Assembly: GCA_030637655.1 (NCBI GenBank)
Contig: DAOWGI010000094.1
Span: forward strand, 1-52,784
Source of the DNA: a candidate division FCPU426 bacterium
GTDB lineage: Bacteria; Oederibacteriota; JAAXVQ01; JAUVAV01
Length of the DNA stretch: 52,784 nt
Reading direction: 5' to 3'
The notes beneath the pieces are model-generated. The model was not told where the DNA came from and made no database searches. It saw only the letters and a program-made list of their open reading frames with translations. Every line of letters starts with the position of its first letter. The first letter of the stretch is position 1. Position numbers and translations under genes: made by a program. Shown here piece by piece: positions 30,315 through 39,196 of this stretch.

Positions 30315-30998
30315 TCACAATTGTACCTCAGCCACAATCAAAGCATTATCCTGTCGGCCCCAAAGATATTCTTCCCGTTCTTGCCAAAACGTCGGTTTTC
30401 TATAGATCTTTCCTTCCTGCTGTTGACCGGATAAATGTATATTCACTTTTCCATATGGCAATAATAATTCACTAAACTCTTGCCCTGAAAACAATCGAGC
30501 TGAAATATACGGCTCTTCCTTTTGAAATATCCGTTGTTTGTTTAGCGAAGCTTCTTTATCAAGCGTACCTATGACGACCTTACCCTTTGGTTTTACGCAG
30601 CGGAACATCTCCGCTATTGCGGCTTTAACATCCGGAATAAATTCCAAAGCTGTCACGCCGGCAACAACCTCAAATAAATTATTCGCGTAAGGCAAATGGC
30701 AGACATCCGCGATTTCAAAACGACACCCAGGATAGTGATGCGATTGCGCAACTTCTATCATCTCCGGTGATATGTCTATCCCTTTTACCTCAAATCCCAA
30801 CGAAGAGAAAATACCACTCCAATGCCCGGTACCGCAGCCAATATCCAGAAGCCTCTCGCCCGGCGAAACCTGCGACAGGCACTTTAGCACCAATTCTTTT
30901 TGCTGCTGATCATGCATTTTTCCTTCGGCTGTTTCATACCATTTGTCATAGTCTTTTGCCATCTTACTAAAATCATACAATGTCCGGGTCAGCTCCAT
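30315..30998 (-). CDS. Class I SAM-dependent methyltransferase
   Basis: LLDIGCGTG, GIDISPEM, TALEFI. Confidence 0.9.
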   Translation of the reverse strand: MELTRTLYDFSKMAKDYDKWYETAEGKMHDQQQKELVLKCLSQVSPGERLLDIGCGTGHWSGIFSSLGFEVKGIDISPEMIEVAQSHHYPGCRFEIADVCHLPYANNLFEVVAGVTALEFIPDVKAAIAEMFRCVKPKGKVVIGTLDKEASLNKQRIFQKEEPYISARLFSGQEFSELLLPYGKVNIHLSGQQQEGKIYRKPTFWQEREEYLWGRQDNALIVAEVQL

Positions 30999-31000
30999 AC

Positions 31001-31915
31001 TTAGCGCTCATCGTCTTCGCGTTTGCAGCCCAAAATATCATTAACCTTAGTCCATACTTCAACTATATCCTTGGCTATTCCAGCTTGAGTATATTCCACT
31101 ACTGCCTGTTTTTTGATTTGTGCTTTAGTGACTAACTGATCATAACGAATTTTTCCGGCCATGGTTAGATTTTTTTGCTTGGCCATATCTTCTATCTTTT
31201 GGGAAAGCTCTTGATTTAAATCCCATTTATTGATACACACTAATGTTTTAATATTGAAGTGCTTGGTCAAATCCGCAACCCGCTCCAAATCGTGAAGTCC
31301 GCTTAAGGTCGGTTCTGTTACAACCAATACCAGGTCCGCTCCGGTTATGGAAGCAATCACCGGACAGCCAATTCCCGGTGAGCCATCAATCAGCACAATC
31401 GCGTGTTTTTGCTCCTGGGCTATTTTTTTCGCCTGGCTTCTTACTAAACTTACCAGTTTGCCGGAGTTTTCCTCGGCAATGCCCAATTTGGCATGAACCA
31501 TTGGTCCGGTCCGCGTATTGGAAACATACCATTCGCCATTAACCGCCCTTGAAAAATCTATGGCATTTTCAGGACAAAAATATTTACACACACCGCATCC
31601 TTCACAAGCGATAGGATCCACTTGACAAGTCTTCTCAACCATGTGGTTTTCCCGGCCGTCAAAGGATATGGCATTAAAGCGACAGACTTCCCGGCATTTG
31701 CCGCAAGCTGAACACTTTTCAGTTATTATTCGCGCCCGGCTGCCGCCGCTGAAATCTTCTTGTTCAATAATCTCCGGTTCCAAAACCAAATGCAAATCCG
31801 CCGCGTCCACATCGCAATCCGCCAATACTAACCTGCCGGCCAGCGCGGCAAACGAAGCTACCATGGAAGTTTTACCGGTCCCGCCTTTGCCGCTGATTAC
31901 CACTAGTTCTTTCAC
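31001..31915 (-). CDS. MinD-type P-loop ATPase with inserted 2x[4Fe-4S] ferredoxin (orp-cluster type)
   Basis: SGKGGTGKT, DCDVDAADL, two CxxCxxCxxxC, DGSPGIGCP. Confidence 0.92.
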   Translation of the reverse strand: MKELVVISGKGGTGKTSMVASFAALAGRLVLADCDVDAADLHLVLEPEIIEQEDFSGGSRARIITEKCSACGKCREVCRFNAISFDGRENHMVEKTCQVDPIACEGCGVCKYFCPENAIDFSRAVNGEWYVSNTRTGPMVHAKLGIAEENSGKLVSLVRSQAKKIAQEQKHAIVLIDGSPGIGCPVIASITGADLVLVVTEPTLSGLHDLERVADLTKHFNIKTLVCINKWDLNQELSQKIEDMAKQKNLTMAGKIRYDQLVTKAQIKKQAVVEYTQAGIAKDIVEVWTKVNDILGCKREDDER

Positions 31916-31943
31916 TTTTAAACCCCTTATGCTTACAACATTT

Positions 31944-32297
31944 TCAAAAAGTAATTACCCGTTCAGAATCTTTAACCCATTCAGCTAATTCCGCCATAGT
32001 AGCTTCATTAGCTCCTGAATAGTATGGTTTCCCCTTATGAATACCGCACCGCACATTACAGGTCCCGCAAACTTTCACGGCTATACCTTTAGCGATAAGT
32101 TCTTTGAGTATTTTAACCAAATCAAAATATCCTTCCGGCGGTTTACATTCATCCCTTGCCATATCAACCGAATCATTCATTAGAAAAATACGCACTTCCA
32201 GTCCAACGTTGAGCATCTTTTCCGCTAATCGCAAACCATTCCAAGCTACGTCCGTACCATCATATGGTTGATGATTAAATATAATCAGAGCATTCAT
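31944..32297 (-). CDS. DsrE/YchN-family sulfur-relay protein
   Basis: PYDGTD, IFLMNDSV, VCGTC..RCG. Confidence 0.85.
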   Translation of the reverse strand: MNALIIFNHQPYDGTDVAWNGLRLAEKMLNVGLEVRIFLMNDSVDMARDECKPPEGYFDLVKILKELIAKGIAVKVCGTCNVRCGIHKGKPYYSGANEATMAELAEWVKDSERVITF

Positions 32298-32315
32298 TTT
32301 ATTTCTCCACTACTG

Positions 32316-32657
32316 CTAAAAATAGTTGTTCTTCCACCAGTCATGATATTCCCTCTCTTTAATCCGGCAATCATTGTTCAGATCAGCAAACTCATTATTT
32401 GAATTCACCATATCCAATTCAGCTCCGCTTTGGCCGTCGATCAGAAACCGGTAGGCACAAGTAAGTAAAATAAATTTCCTATGCGCATTCTCGTTTCCTT
32501 GATTGCGGTCAGGATGAATTCTGAAAACTTTTTGTCGCCAAGCCCGTTTCACTTGTCCCTGGTTCCAGGCAGCGGATAGTTCTAGAATTCCCAGCGCTTT
32601 TTTCTCGCGTTCGAGTTGCAATCGCATGGCATCAATTTGTTTGTATTCATCCGACAT
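32316..32657 (-). CDS. Small J-domain (DnaJ) protein
   Basis: Likely start MSDEYK at 32657; ALGILEL...IHPDRN...KFILL..AY. Confidence 0.8.
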   Translation of the reverse strand: MSDEYKQIDAMRLQLEREKKALGILELSAAWNQGQVKRAWRQKVFRIHPDRNQGNENAHRKFILLTCAYRFLIDGQSGAELDMVNSNNEFADLNNDCRIKEREYHDWWKNNYF

Positions 32658-33504
32658 GCACACCTGCCTGCTGCAATATTTCTTGAAATAACAGCTTGAA
32701 AAGCTGCTGATATTCAGGCAACGCTTCACAGATCATTTCACCTTTGGAATAAACTTCGGCAATTTGACGATCATCCGGTATTTCCGCCAATACCGGGATA
32801 GCATTATTCCTACAATAGTCCAGAACTTTATCATCCCCACTATCCGCCCGGTTGATGACCACACCAAAAACCAAACCCAGCGCTTGCACCATTTCAATTG
32901 CCAGCTGCAAGTCATGCAACCCGAAGGGCGTGGGCTCTGTCACCAGCACTACATAATCCGCTCCCCGTATACTCTCAATAACCGGACAGGATGTGCCGGG
33001 AGGCGCGTCAATAATAACCGGAATATCTTCAGGAGCGGCCTGTCTAACCGCTTGAATCACCGGAGGACTCATGGCTTCACCGATATTCAATAACCCCTGG
33101 ATAAAATGTATTGATCCACTGCTTCCAATTTCCATTTTTCCAACTTCACGGGTTTTCTCAGTAATCGCCTTAGCCGGACAAACCAGCTTACACCCGCCGC
33201 AAGCATGACATAATTCAGGATAGGCAATAACTTTTCGTCCCACTAAAACAATCGCGCTGAATTGACATATCTCTCCGCACTGGCCGCAAAGTGTACACTT
33301 ATCTTCATCCACTACTGGAATGAGCCGAACAACCGGACGTTGTTCCTTAATTTCCGGTTTTAAAAAAATATGGGCATTCGGTTCTTCTACATCACAATCA
33401 AGATAGGCCACTTGCTCTTTATTTTCGGCTGCCATGTAAGTCAAATTGGTTGCTACTGTAGTTTTTCCGGTTCCTCCCTTGCCGCTGGCAATCGCTATTT
33501 TCAT
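32647..33504 (-). CDS. Second MinD-type P-loop ATPase with ferredoxin insert (orp-cluster type)
   Basis: ASGKGGTGKT, DCDVEEPN, two CxxCxxCxxxC, DAPPGTSCP, TEPTPFG. Confidence 0.92.
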   Translation of the reverse strand: MKIAIASGKGGTGKTTVATNLTYMAAENKEQVAYLDCDVEEPNAHIFLKPEIKEQRPVVRLIPVVDEDKCTLCGQCGEICQFSAIVLVGRKVIAYPELCHACGGCKLVCPAKAITEKTREVGKMEIGSSGSIHFIQGLLNIGEAMSPPVIQAVRQAAPEDIPVIIDAPPGTSCPVIESIRGADYVVLVTEPTPFGLHDLQLAIEMVQALGLVFGVVINRADSGDDKVLDYCRNNAIPVLAEIPDDRQIAEVYSKGEMICEALPEYQQLFKLLFQEILQQAGVHVG

Positions 33505-33884
33505 TCTCCCCTGTTTTCCAATTCCTCTATTCTTTTTTTCACATCTTCCAAGGCATTCCCGAAATACTCCGCCTGTCCTTTTAATGTCTCAACTTCCTGT
33601 TCCTTGGTAAGGTTTGGAACATAAGGATGATCAACATACGCTGCTCCATAAGCAGGCGGATTAGCTCTTTGCCAACCCGGTAAACCCGAGCTGCCAAACC
33701 AATTACACCCTCCGCGTCCGCCGCCACGACCGCCACCGCGACCGCCACCGCGACCCCAGCCCGAAAATCCTCCGCCATATCCTGGATTCATATATCCCGG
33801 CACCGTATTCCCGGCGCAAAAGCCTGCTCCCCGTCCTGTCATAGGACCCATTCCCATGGGACCTGTTCTGTCTCCTCTTGGCAT
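33501..33884 (-). CDS. DUF5320 Gly/Arg-rich protein
   Basis: MPRGDRTGPMGMGPMTGRGAGFC; RGG repeats; C-terminal coiled coil; AGGAGG RBS. Confidence 0.88.
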   Translation of the reverse strand: MPRGDRTGPMGMGPMTGRGAGFCAGNTVPGYMNPGYGGGFSGWGRGGGRGGGRGGGRGGCNWFGSSGLPGWQRANPPAYGAAYVDHPYVPNLTKEQEVETLKGQAEYFGNALEDVKKRIEELENRGE

Positions 33885-33909
33885 GATTATCACCCTCCTT
33901 TTTTTAATT

Positions 33910-34128
33910 TTATATACGTCCCTGTTGTCCTGCTCCGGTATTTCCTCTGTTCTTTCCTTGTCCTTGTCTTTTATTTGCCGCTTTTCTTTGCGCACCTCTT
34001 GCATTCATGCTGTTTACTTGACCCACACCTTGATTCACACCACTTTGATTCCCCGAACCGCAAGTTCCCATTCTTCTTCCTGTGCCTGACCCCTTACCTC
34101 CTGGGCCGGTACCATCACCTCTGGGCAT
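33910..34128 (-). CDS. Short DUF5320-like protein
   Basis: MPRGDGTGPGGKG.GTGR.MG.C; AGGAGG RBS. Confidence 0.7.
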   Translation of the reverse strand: MPRGDGTGPGGKGSGTGRRMGTCGSGNQSGVNQGVGQVNSMNARGAQRKAANKRQGQGKNRGNTGAGQQGRI

Positions 34129-34139
34129 TTTCACCACCT

Positions 34140-34307
34140 CCTAACCCGGACAAGCCGGAACTAAGATATTTGACAGGATTAACAAGATATACGGGATTTT
34201 AAATAAATTCTGTCAATCCTGTTATCCTGTCAAAAAAAATTCTTTGCGCTCTTTACGGCGAATGATTTTCAGCCATAAAAAGCACGAATTTGAGAACTAA
34301 GATACTA
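34140..34307 (+). mobile_element. Second copy of the CCTAACCCGGACAAGCCGGAA...TAAGATACTA element, with a different internal hairpin
   Basis: Ends shared with 14854-15018; internal TGACAGGATTAACAAGAT...AATCCTGTTATCCTGTCA. Confidence 0.65.
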
Positions 34308-34311
34308 TTAG

Positions 34312-35199
34312 TCATACTTGTGCCGTTACAGCTCTTTTCGTTGAGCCAAAAGCAGACCGGCTTAAAATCACATCACCTAATAGACAACCGGCATGCTCCG
34401 CTATAACTTGGCATTTTGCCTTAAGCAGAAAAAATATATCTTTCTCTTCATCACTCAGAGTTTCATAGTTACCCTGACCTTTGGCAATAATCAAATCCGC
34501 TTCGTGAAAACGTTTTTGAAATTCAGGGCTGCATTCCGCAAGAATAGTTCCCGGAGCATCCGACCCATTGTCAATCACTTTCACCAGTTTAGTAAGACCG
34601 ACGGCTTGCGCATCTGTTATTGTGACGTCATTGATAATAGGAAATCCCCTTACTGCCACAGTCACTTTTTCAATTGGCAGCTGTTCTATCAGCAACTTGT
34701 CAAAAACAATTTCACCGGCATTGTCAGCCAAGTAAAGTATTTTCCGAGCCTCTGAAATTGCTTGAAAAAATTCCTTTTCATTACCATTAAGCGGCGTGTT
34801 CAGCGCCTCCTCTATGGATTTATGAATATCACTCTCAGCAACCCGGCTGTTCACACCAAGATCAATCACATTTCCTGCAATTGCCAGTTGCACGGCCGCT
34901 TCCTTAGGATTTTTCGCTTCTTCCACATAGGATCTCATCCCAGGATAGAGTTTCAGGCCCAACCAATTGGAACTCTCTTTATGCTTTTTATAAGGATCCG
35001 CCTGGTTGGTCTTCTCCTTGATAATACGGTGAATCCGTTGACCCATTAGTGGCGGCGACATATTTAAATCCATACGACTCACCAAGCCAAGAATTTCCCT
35101 AAGCACCTCTTCCTGAATGACTTCATCAGAAGTCACCATACGCACCGCATCCAATGTCTGCCGTAAAAAACAGGGAATACAATCAAAACAAGTTCTCAT
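34312..35199 (-). CDS. Damage-control phosphatase, ARMT1/DUF89 family
   Basis: C.DCIPC, GNVID, DNAGEIVFD, INDVT, KGQGNYE, KAKC. Confidence 0.92.
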   Translation of the reverse strand: MRTCFDCIPCFLRQTLDAVRMVTSDEVIQEEVLREILGLVSRMDLNMSPPLMGQRIHRIIKEKTNQADPYKKHKESSNWLGLKLYPGMRSYVEEAKNPKEAAVQLAIAGNVIDLGVNSRVAESDIHKSIEEALNTPLNGNEKEFFQAISEARKILYLADNAGEIVFDKLLIEQLPIEKVTVAVRGFPIINDVTITDAQAVGLTKLVKVIDNGSDAPGTILAECSPEFQKRFHEADLIIAKGQGNYETLSDEEKDIFFLLKAKCQVIAEHAGCLLGDVILSRSAFGSTKRAVTAQV

Positions 35200-35204
35200 T
35201 TTAT

Positions 35205-35567
35205 CTATACCCAGTGCCCTTCTTGGTTGGCTTGACCGGCATTGCTCAGCTGCCCTGCCTGAAATTTATCAACCGCCTGTTTTACCGAACCTTTTTCGCA
35301 AAGATATATTTTAATATCAGCAGCTTTCAGCGCGGCATATGCCTTAGGACCCACATTGCCTGTAATCACCGCTTCCACGTTCAGATCCACAACATTTTTC
35401 GCAGCTTGTATCCCCGCTCCTTGCATGGCATTCAAATTTTGAGTGTTGTCATGAACTGTGAATTGCCCGGTATCGCTATCAATGACTAAAAAATATTTCG
35501 CTCTGCCAAAACGAGGATCCATCTCACTATCCAAACTCATTCCTTGTGAGGAAACAGCAATTTTCAT
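35205..35567 (-). CDS. NifB/NifX family protein (orange-protein-like)
   Basis: MKIAVSS, DPRFGRA, GAGIQAA, TGNVGPKA, C-terminal GHW. Confidence 0.9.
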   Translation of the reverse strand: MKIAVSSQGMSLDSEMDPRFGRAKYFLVIDSDTGQFTVHDNTQNLNAMQGAGIQAAKNVVDLNVEAVITGNVGPKAYAALKAADIKIYLCEKGSVKQAVDKFQAGQLSNAGQANQEGHWV

Positions 35568-35592
35568 ACGTTTAAACCTCCCCTTATATTCA

Positions 35593-35976
35593 TCATATCC
35601 GGTTTTGACCATGTTTCCCTTGAAACCGTCTGCGTCTTCCACAACAGCCAGGCATTAAAAACCGCTTTTCATCCAATTTTCCTGTTATAAATGCCTGAAG
35701 CACTTCTTCTACTTGTCCGCAAATCCTCGGAACAACCTGAATTCCTGAAGCAAGCAACATTTCTTCATATAACCGGGAAATTGCTCCGCAGATAAGCACT
35801 TCCACTTTCAATTCAATAATGCTGCCTGCTTTGCCAATAAGACTGGTTTCCGGTATAGTTGTCTCATAGCGGTTAAGCTCCTGATTACATTCGATATCGA
35901 TGATTAAAAACCGCCTGGAGACATCAAATACCGGCGCTAGTCTATTTTCCCATATTGAAATAGCTAGTTTCATCAT
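35593..35976 (-). CDS. NifB/NifX family protein
   Basis: RLAPVFD, LICGAIS, FLMPGC. Confidence 0.88.
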   Translation of the reverse strand: MMKLAISIWENRLAPVFDVSRRFLIIDIECNQELNRYETTIPETSLIGKAGSIIELKVEVLICGAISRLYEEMLLASGIQVVPRICGQVEEVLQAFITGKLDEKRFLMPGCCGRRRRFQGKHGQNRI

Positions 35977-35988
35977 ATTATTATTTAA

Positions 35989-36005
35989 AGCAAGAAAAAT
36001 GCCAA
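35989..36005 (-). promoter_or_regulatory. Sigma-54 (-24/-12) promoter of the orp-like operon
   Basis: Minus strand TTGGCATTTTTCTTGCT with exact GG-N10-GC spacing, just upstream of the first gene. Confidence 0.85.
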
Positions 36006-36076
36006 TTACGAGGTATTTAAAAAATATTTTAAAATAAGGGAATTATTGGAATGTGATAAAAGGATCGCTTGGTAGT

Positions 36077-36124
36077 ATTGCAATTTGCAATTCCAGCTTG
36101 CGCTTTTGCATTGCATATTGCAAT
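36077..36124. promoter_or_regulatory. Candidate upstream activator sites for the adjacent sigma-54 activator
   Basis: ATTGCAATTTGCAAT (36077-36091) and ATTGCATATTGCAAT (36110-36124), 33 bp apart, 70-120 bp upstream of -24 across an AT-rich tract. Confidence 0.65.
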
Positions 36125-36125
36125 A

Positions 36126-37502
36126 CTATTTTTTATTCCGGTTCCGGCCGTCTTCATCCATCACTTTGATTTTCAAAGACTTAATCTTGCGAAAAAGAGT
36201 GCTGGGATTGATGCCCAGATCTTTAGCCGCGGCCACACGATTACCATGATGTCGCCTAACAGCATCAGCAATATAGTACGCCTCCATAGCTTGTAAAGAT
36301 AAGCTCTTTTTACCTGGCCAGGTCCCAGGCTTTTCTTGCGCGCGGAGAACAGGCGGCAAATATCGGGGTTCAATTAATCCTCCGCGGCAAAGCACGTACG
36401 CATGCTCGATAATGTTCTCCAACTCACGAATATTGCCCGGATATTCATATTCCATTAATATGGCCATAGCCTCCTGGGATACACCCTGAATATCCTTATT
36501 CTTAAGACGATTAAATTTGGAAATAAAGTTATCTATTAAAAGAGGAATATCTTCTCTTCGCTCTTGTAAGTCCGGCAATTTAATCCGGAAGACATTTATC
36601 CTATAAAACAAATCATCCCTGAAAATACCTTGTTTAACCAATTGGCTAAGTTCTTTATTCGTGGCGGCAACCAGCCGAACATCCAGCTTGATTGGTTTAT
36701 TTGATCCCAAGGGTTCAAACACCTTCTCCTGGATAACACGCAGCAGCTTGGCCTGCATGGCTGGTGAAACATCACCGATTTCATCCAAAAATACTGTTCC
36801 GCCCTCAGCTATGGCAAACCGCCCGGACTTATCGCGACGCGCGTCCGTAAAAGCGCCTGCCTTATACCCAAACAATTCGGACTCCAGTAGGGAATCCGGC
36901 AAAGCTCCGCAATTAATCGGCACAAACGGTTTATCCCGGCGCGAGGAAAGATTATGAATAGCCCTGGCAAATATTTCCTTACCAGTGCCACTTGCTCCTT
37001 CTAAAAGGATGGTACTGTCACTCCGGGCTATTTCAGGTAATATCTCAAAAAGCTGCTGCATGCTCTGACTGCGGCCGACAATATCGGCAAATGTATATTT
37101 ATCCTGCAATTCTTTACGAAGCTGTTCAACAATACTCAGATCCCGAAAAGTTTCCACGCCTCCTATAAGATTATTCTGATTGTCTTTCAGTATAGCCGTG
37201 GAAATACTTATAGACAGACGTTGCCCGTTTGCATTAATAATATAAATGGTTTGATTGATTATCGGACGACCGGTCCGCATGGTTTTTTTTAAAGCGCAGG
37301 CATTTTCACAGATATTGGAACGAAATACATCACAGCATTTTCGTCCTATAGCTTCATCACGCTTTACACCGGTTATTTCTTCAGCCGCCCGGTTAAAAGA
37401 AGTTATTTCCCAATCCTTATTAACCGTAAAAACACCATCCGCGACGGAGTTTAAAATAACGTCAGTAGCTGACCGCGCTTCATTATTTAAATTATTTTTC
37501 AT
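36126..37502 (-). CDS. PAS-domain sigma-54-dependent Fis-family activator (OrpR-like)
   Basis: PAS with Cys cluster (CC....C...C), GASGTGKE, GAFTDA, FLDEIGD, YPGNIRELEN, HTH. Confidence 0.93.
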   Translation of the reverse strand: MKNNLNNEARSATDVILNSVADGVFTVNKDWEITSFNRAAEEITGVKRDEAIGRKCCDVFRSNICENACALKKTMRTGRPIINQTIYIINANGQRLSISISTAILKDNQNNLIGGVETFRDLSIVEQLRKELQDKYTFADIVGRSQSMQQLFEILPEIARSDSTILLEGASGTGKEIFARAIHNLSSRRDKPFVPINCGALPDSLLESELFGYKAGAFTDARRDKSGRFAIAEGGTVFLDEIGDVSPAMQAKLLRVIQEKVFEPLGSNKPIKLDVRLVAATNKELSQLVKQGIFRDDLFYRINVFRIKLPDLQERREDIPLLIDNFISKFNRLKNKDIQGVSQEAMAILMEYEYPGNIRELENIIEHAYVLCRGGLIEPRYLPPVLRAQEKPGTWPGKKSLSLQAMEAYYIADAVRRHHGNRVAAAKDLGINPSTLFRKIKSLKIKVMDEDGRNRNKK

Positions 37503-37522
37503 AATAACGCCCTATTTCTACG

Positions 37523-37661
37523 GGATGCTTCGCAGCCCCGACCTGAAAAATTATCGGAAAGTTAGGACGCTCCGCAGCCCTGACCGGATAAACTATATCA
37601 TGAAAGGGACGCTTCGCAGCCCTGACCTGAAAAATTATCGGAAAGTTAGGATGCTTCGCAG
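37523..37661. repeat. Tandem array with 42-bp period (21-bp hairpin repeat plus 21-bp spacer)
   Basis: GGAYGCTYCGCAGCCCYGACC at 37523, 37565 and 37607, partial at 37649; spacers 1 and 3 identical, spacer 2 different. Confidence 0.85.
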
Positions 37662-37857
37662 AAGGCGAATATCTCCTTCGAAAGACAATATCCAGCAGGA
37701 CAATAATACCACAGGCGTCAAGAGTGAGGATTTTTATCTCACTTAATATTTTTTGACATTTTTGTGACTTTCTTTTTACATTCTTGTGAAACATATAATC
37801 CCATAATATTTCAAAATAGATTTAGAAAGCCTAACTACAAACAGGAGGTACCCAACC

Positions 37858-38187
37858 ATGTTTACCGCATTTTTCAGAATCCCGGATCAGGAAAATGAGA
37901 TATTGCACGACATCGATGATGAAACGATATATGACGAAGATTTGTTTCGCGAAAGTATTAAAACCGATCCGCATCAGGCCAAACGGCTTTTTACCATGAT
38001 TATCAAAAAACAGCAACACAATCGCAGGATTTATTCCCTGGCCACGTATTACTTAGGTGAAGTCTACGAATCGCTGCATGAACCGGAAACAGCAACGCGC
38101 TATTTTCATCACATTGTTTTAAATTATCCGGATCAAAAAGATTTGGCTAAAAAAGCCGACGCTAAAATGAAGCAATGTTTAAAATAA
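37858..38187 (+). CDS. Small TPR-like protein
   Basis: ATYYLGEVYE...A..YF..IV..YP; AGGAGG RBS. Confidence 0.7.
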   Translation: MFTAFFRIPDQENEILHDIDDETIYDEDLFRESIKTDPHQAKRLFTMIIKKQQHNRRIYSLATYYLGEVYESLHEPETATRYFHHIVLNYPDQKDLAKKADAKMKQCLK

Positions 38188-38364
38188 AAATAGCGCTCAT
38201 TTTAAATGTTTTGCAGAGATTTTTATAACTCACAAAATACTTTCCGACCTGTTTTTATTATTTTTACTCAGATTTCCTTCCCAAACTTCAGTTCTCTTTT
38301 TACTCACCGATAATTTGAATGTTAGTTTCCACTTCCGCTCCAACTCGTTTTCAGGAGGCACGCT

Positions 38365-38985
38365 ATGCACCTCAATCACACCTTTAAAAGAAACCTAAAA
38401 GATGTCAGTCTTACCGCGCTCGATAAAACCCCGGACATTGTGTACTTCATTGATGATAATTATTGTCTGCAAGGCTACAATCCGGCCTGGCGTCACTTCG
38501 CGCGTAAAAATCATGGCGAGTCAGTGCTGGATAAATTTCCTTTGGGCACTTCTATTATGGCTGCCTTTGCCGATCAGGCCAGGGGCTTTTACTGGCAAGC
38601 CTATTGGCAGTCCTTACATCAGCATAAAAAATGGGAACAGGATTACGAATGCTCCTCTTCCGAGGATTACCGCGTGTATCATCAAACCGCCACACCCTTG
38701 AAAAACAATCAGGGACTCATGATCACCAATCGTCTGGTTAAAAAAGCGCCCATAAAATGCGAGCCGCACGAACCGGATAAATGCTATTTTAACGAGCACG
38801 GCAGCATTATCCAATGCTGCCATTGTCGTAAAGTCCGGAACCATTCTTCGGAAGAACAGAAATGGGATTGGGTCCCGATCCTGGTGGAAAAACCGCATCC
38901 GGATACGGACTACACTTTCTGTCCCAGGTGTTACACTATCTACTATCCGAAAAAAATAAAAACACCTGTGAAGCCTGTCCAATAA
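38365..38985 (+). CDS. PAS-like domain protein with C-terminal CxxC...CxxC metal-binding motif
   Basis: YNPAW..FA..N and YECSS; QCCHCRKVR...WDWVP...FCPRC. Confidence 0.7.
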   Translation: MHLNHTFKRNLKDVSLTALDKTPDIVYFIDDNYCLQGYNPAWRHFARKNHGESVLDKFPLGTSIMAAFADQARGFYWQAYWQSLHQHKKWEQDYECSSSEDYRVYHQTATPLKNNQGLMITNRLVKKAPIKCEPHEPDKCYFNEHGSIIQCCHCRKVRNHSSEEQKWDWVPILVEKPHPDTDYTFCPRCYTIYYPKKIKTPVKPVQ

Positions 38986-39020
38986 ATTTACAAGATCGTT
39001 GTAATATGTCAGGAAAGAAA

Positions 39021-39143
39021 ATTAGCCGCCGATGAACGCCGATAAATACGGATTAATTTTTTTTCATCTCTTAAGCTATAACTATCTGCGTTTATTTGCG
39101 TTCATCGGCGGTTAATTTTGGTTCCGGTTTATCCGTATTAGGT
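39021..39143 (-). repeat. Long hairpin repeat joined to a CCTAA..CGGA.AA.CCGGAAC end (third member of the element family)
   Basis: TTAGCCGCCGATGAACGC...GCGTTCATCGGCGGTTAA followed by GTTCCGGTTTATCCGTATTAGG. Confidence 0.65.
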
Positions 39144-39196
39144 TTTTCTCTCTTCACTGACCTGTTACAGATCGTTTTTATCCGCCAGTTAGTTAC

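Noticed and set aside
28920-35976. Nitrogen fixation cluster
   Set aside because: NifB/NifX-family domains only; no nifHDK; context matches orp-type clusters
37523-37661. CRISPR array
   Set aside because: Repeats and spacers are only 21 bp, spacers 1 and 3 are identical and there are no cas genes; kept as an unexplained tandem repeat
37255-37794. ORFs 37255-37746 (+) and 37492-37794 (-) with 14-aa repeats
   Set aside because: They stay open because the 42-bp period is a multiple of three; one is antisense to the activator gene; no recognisable motif
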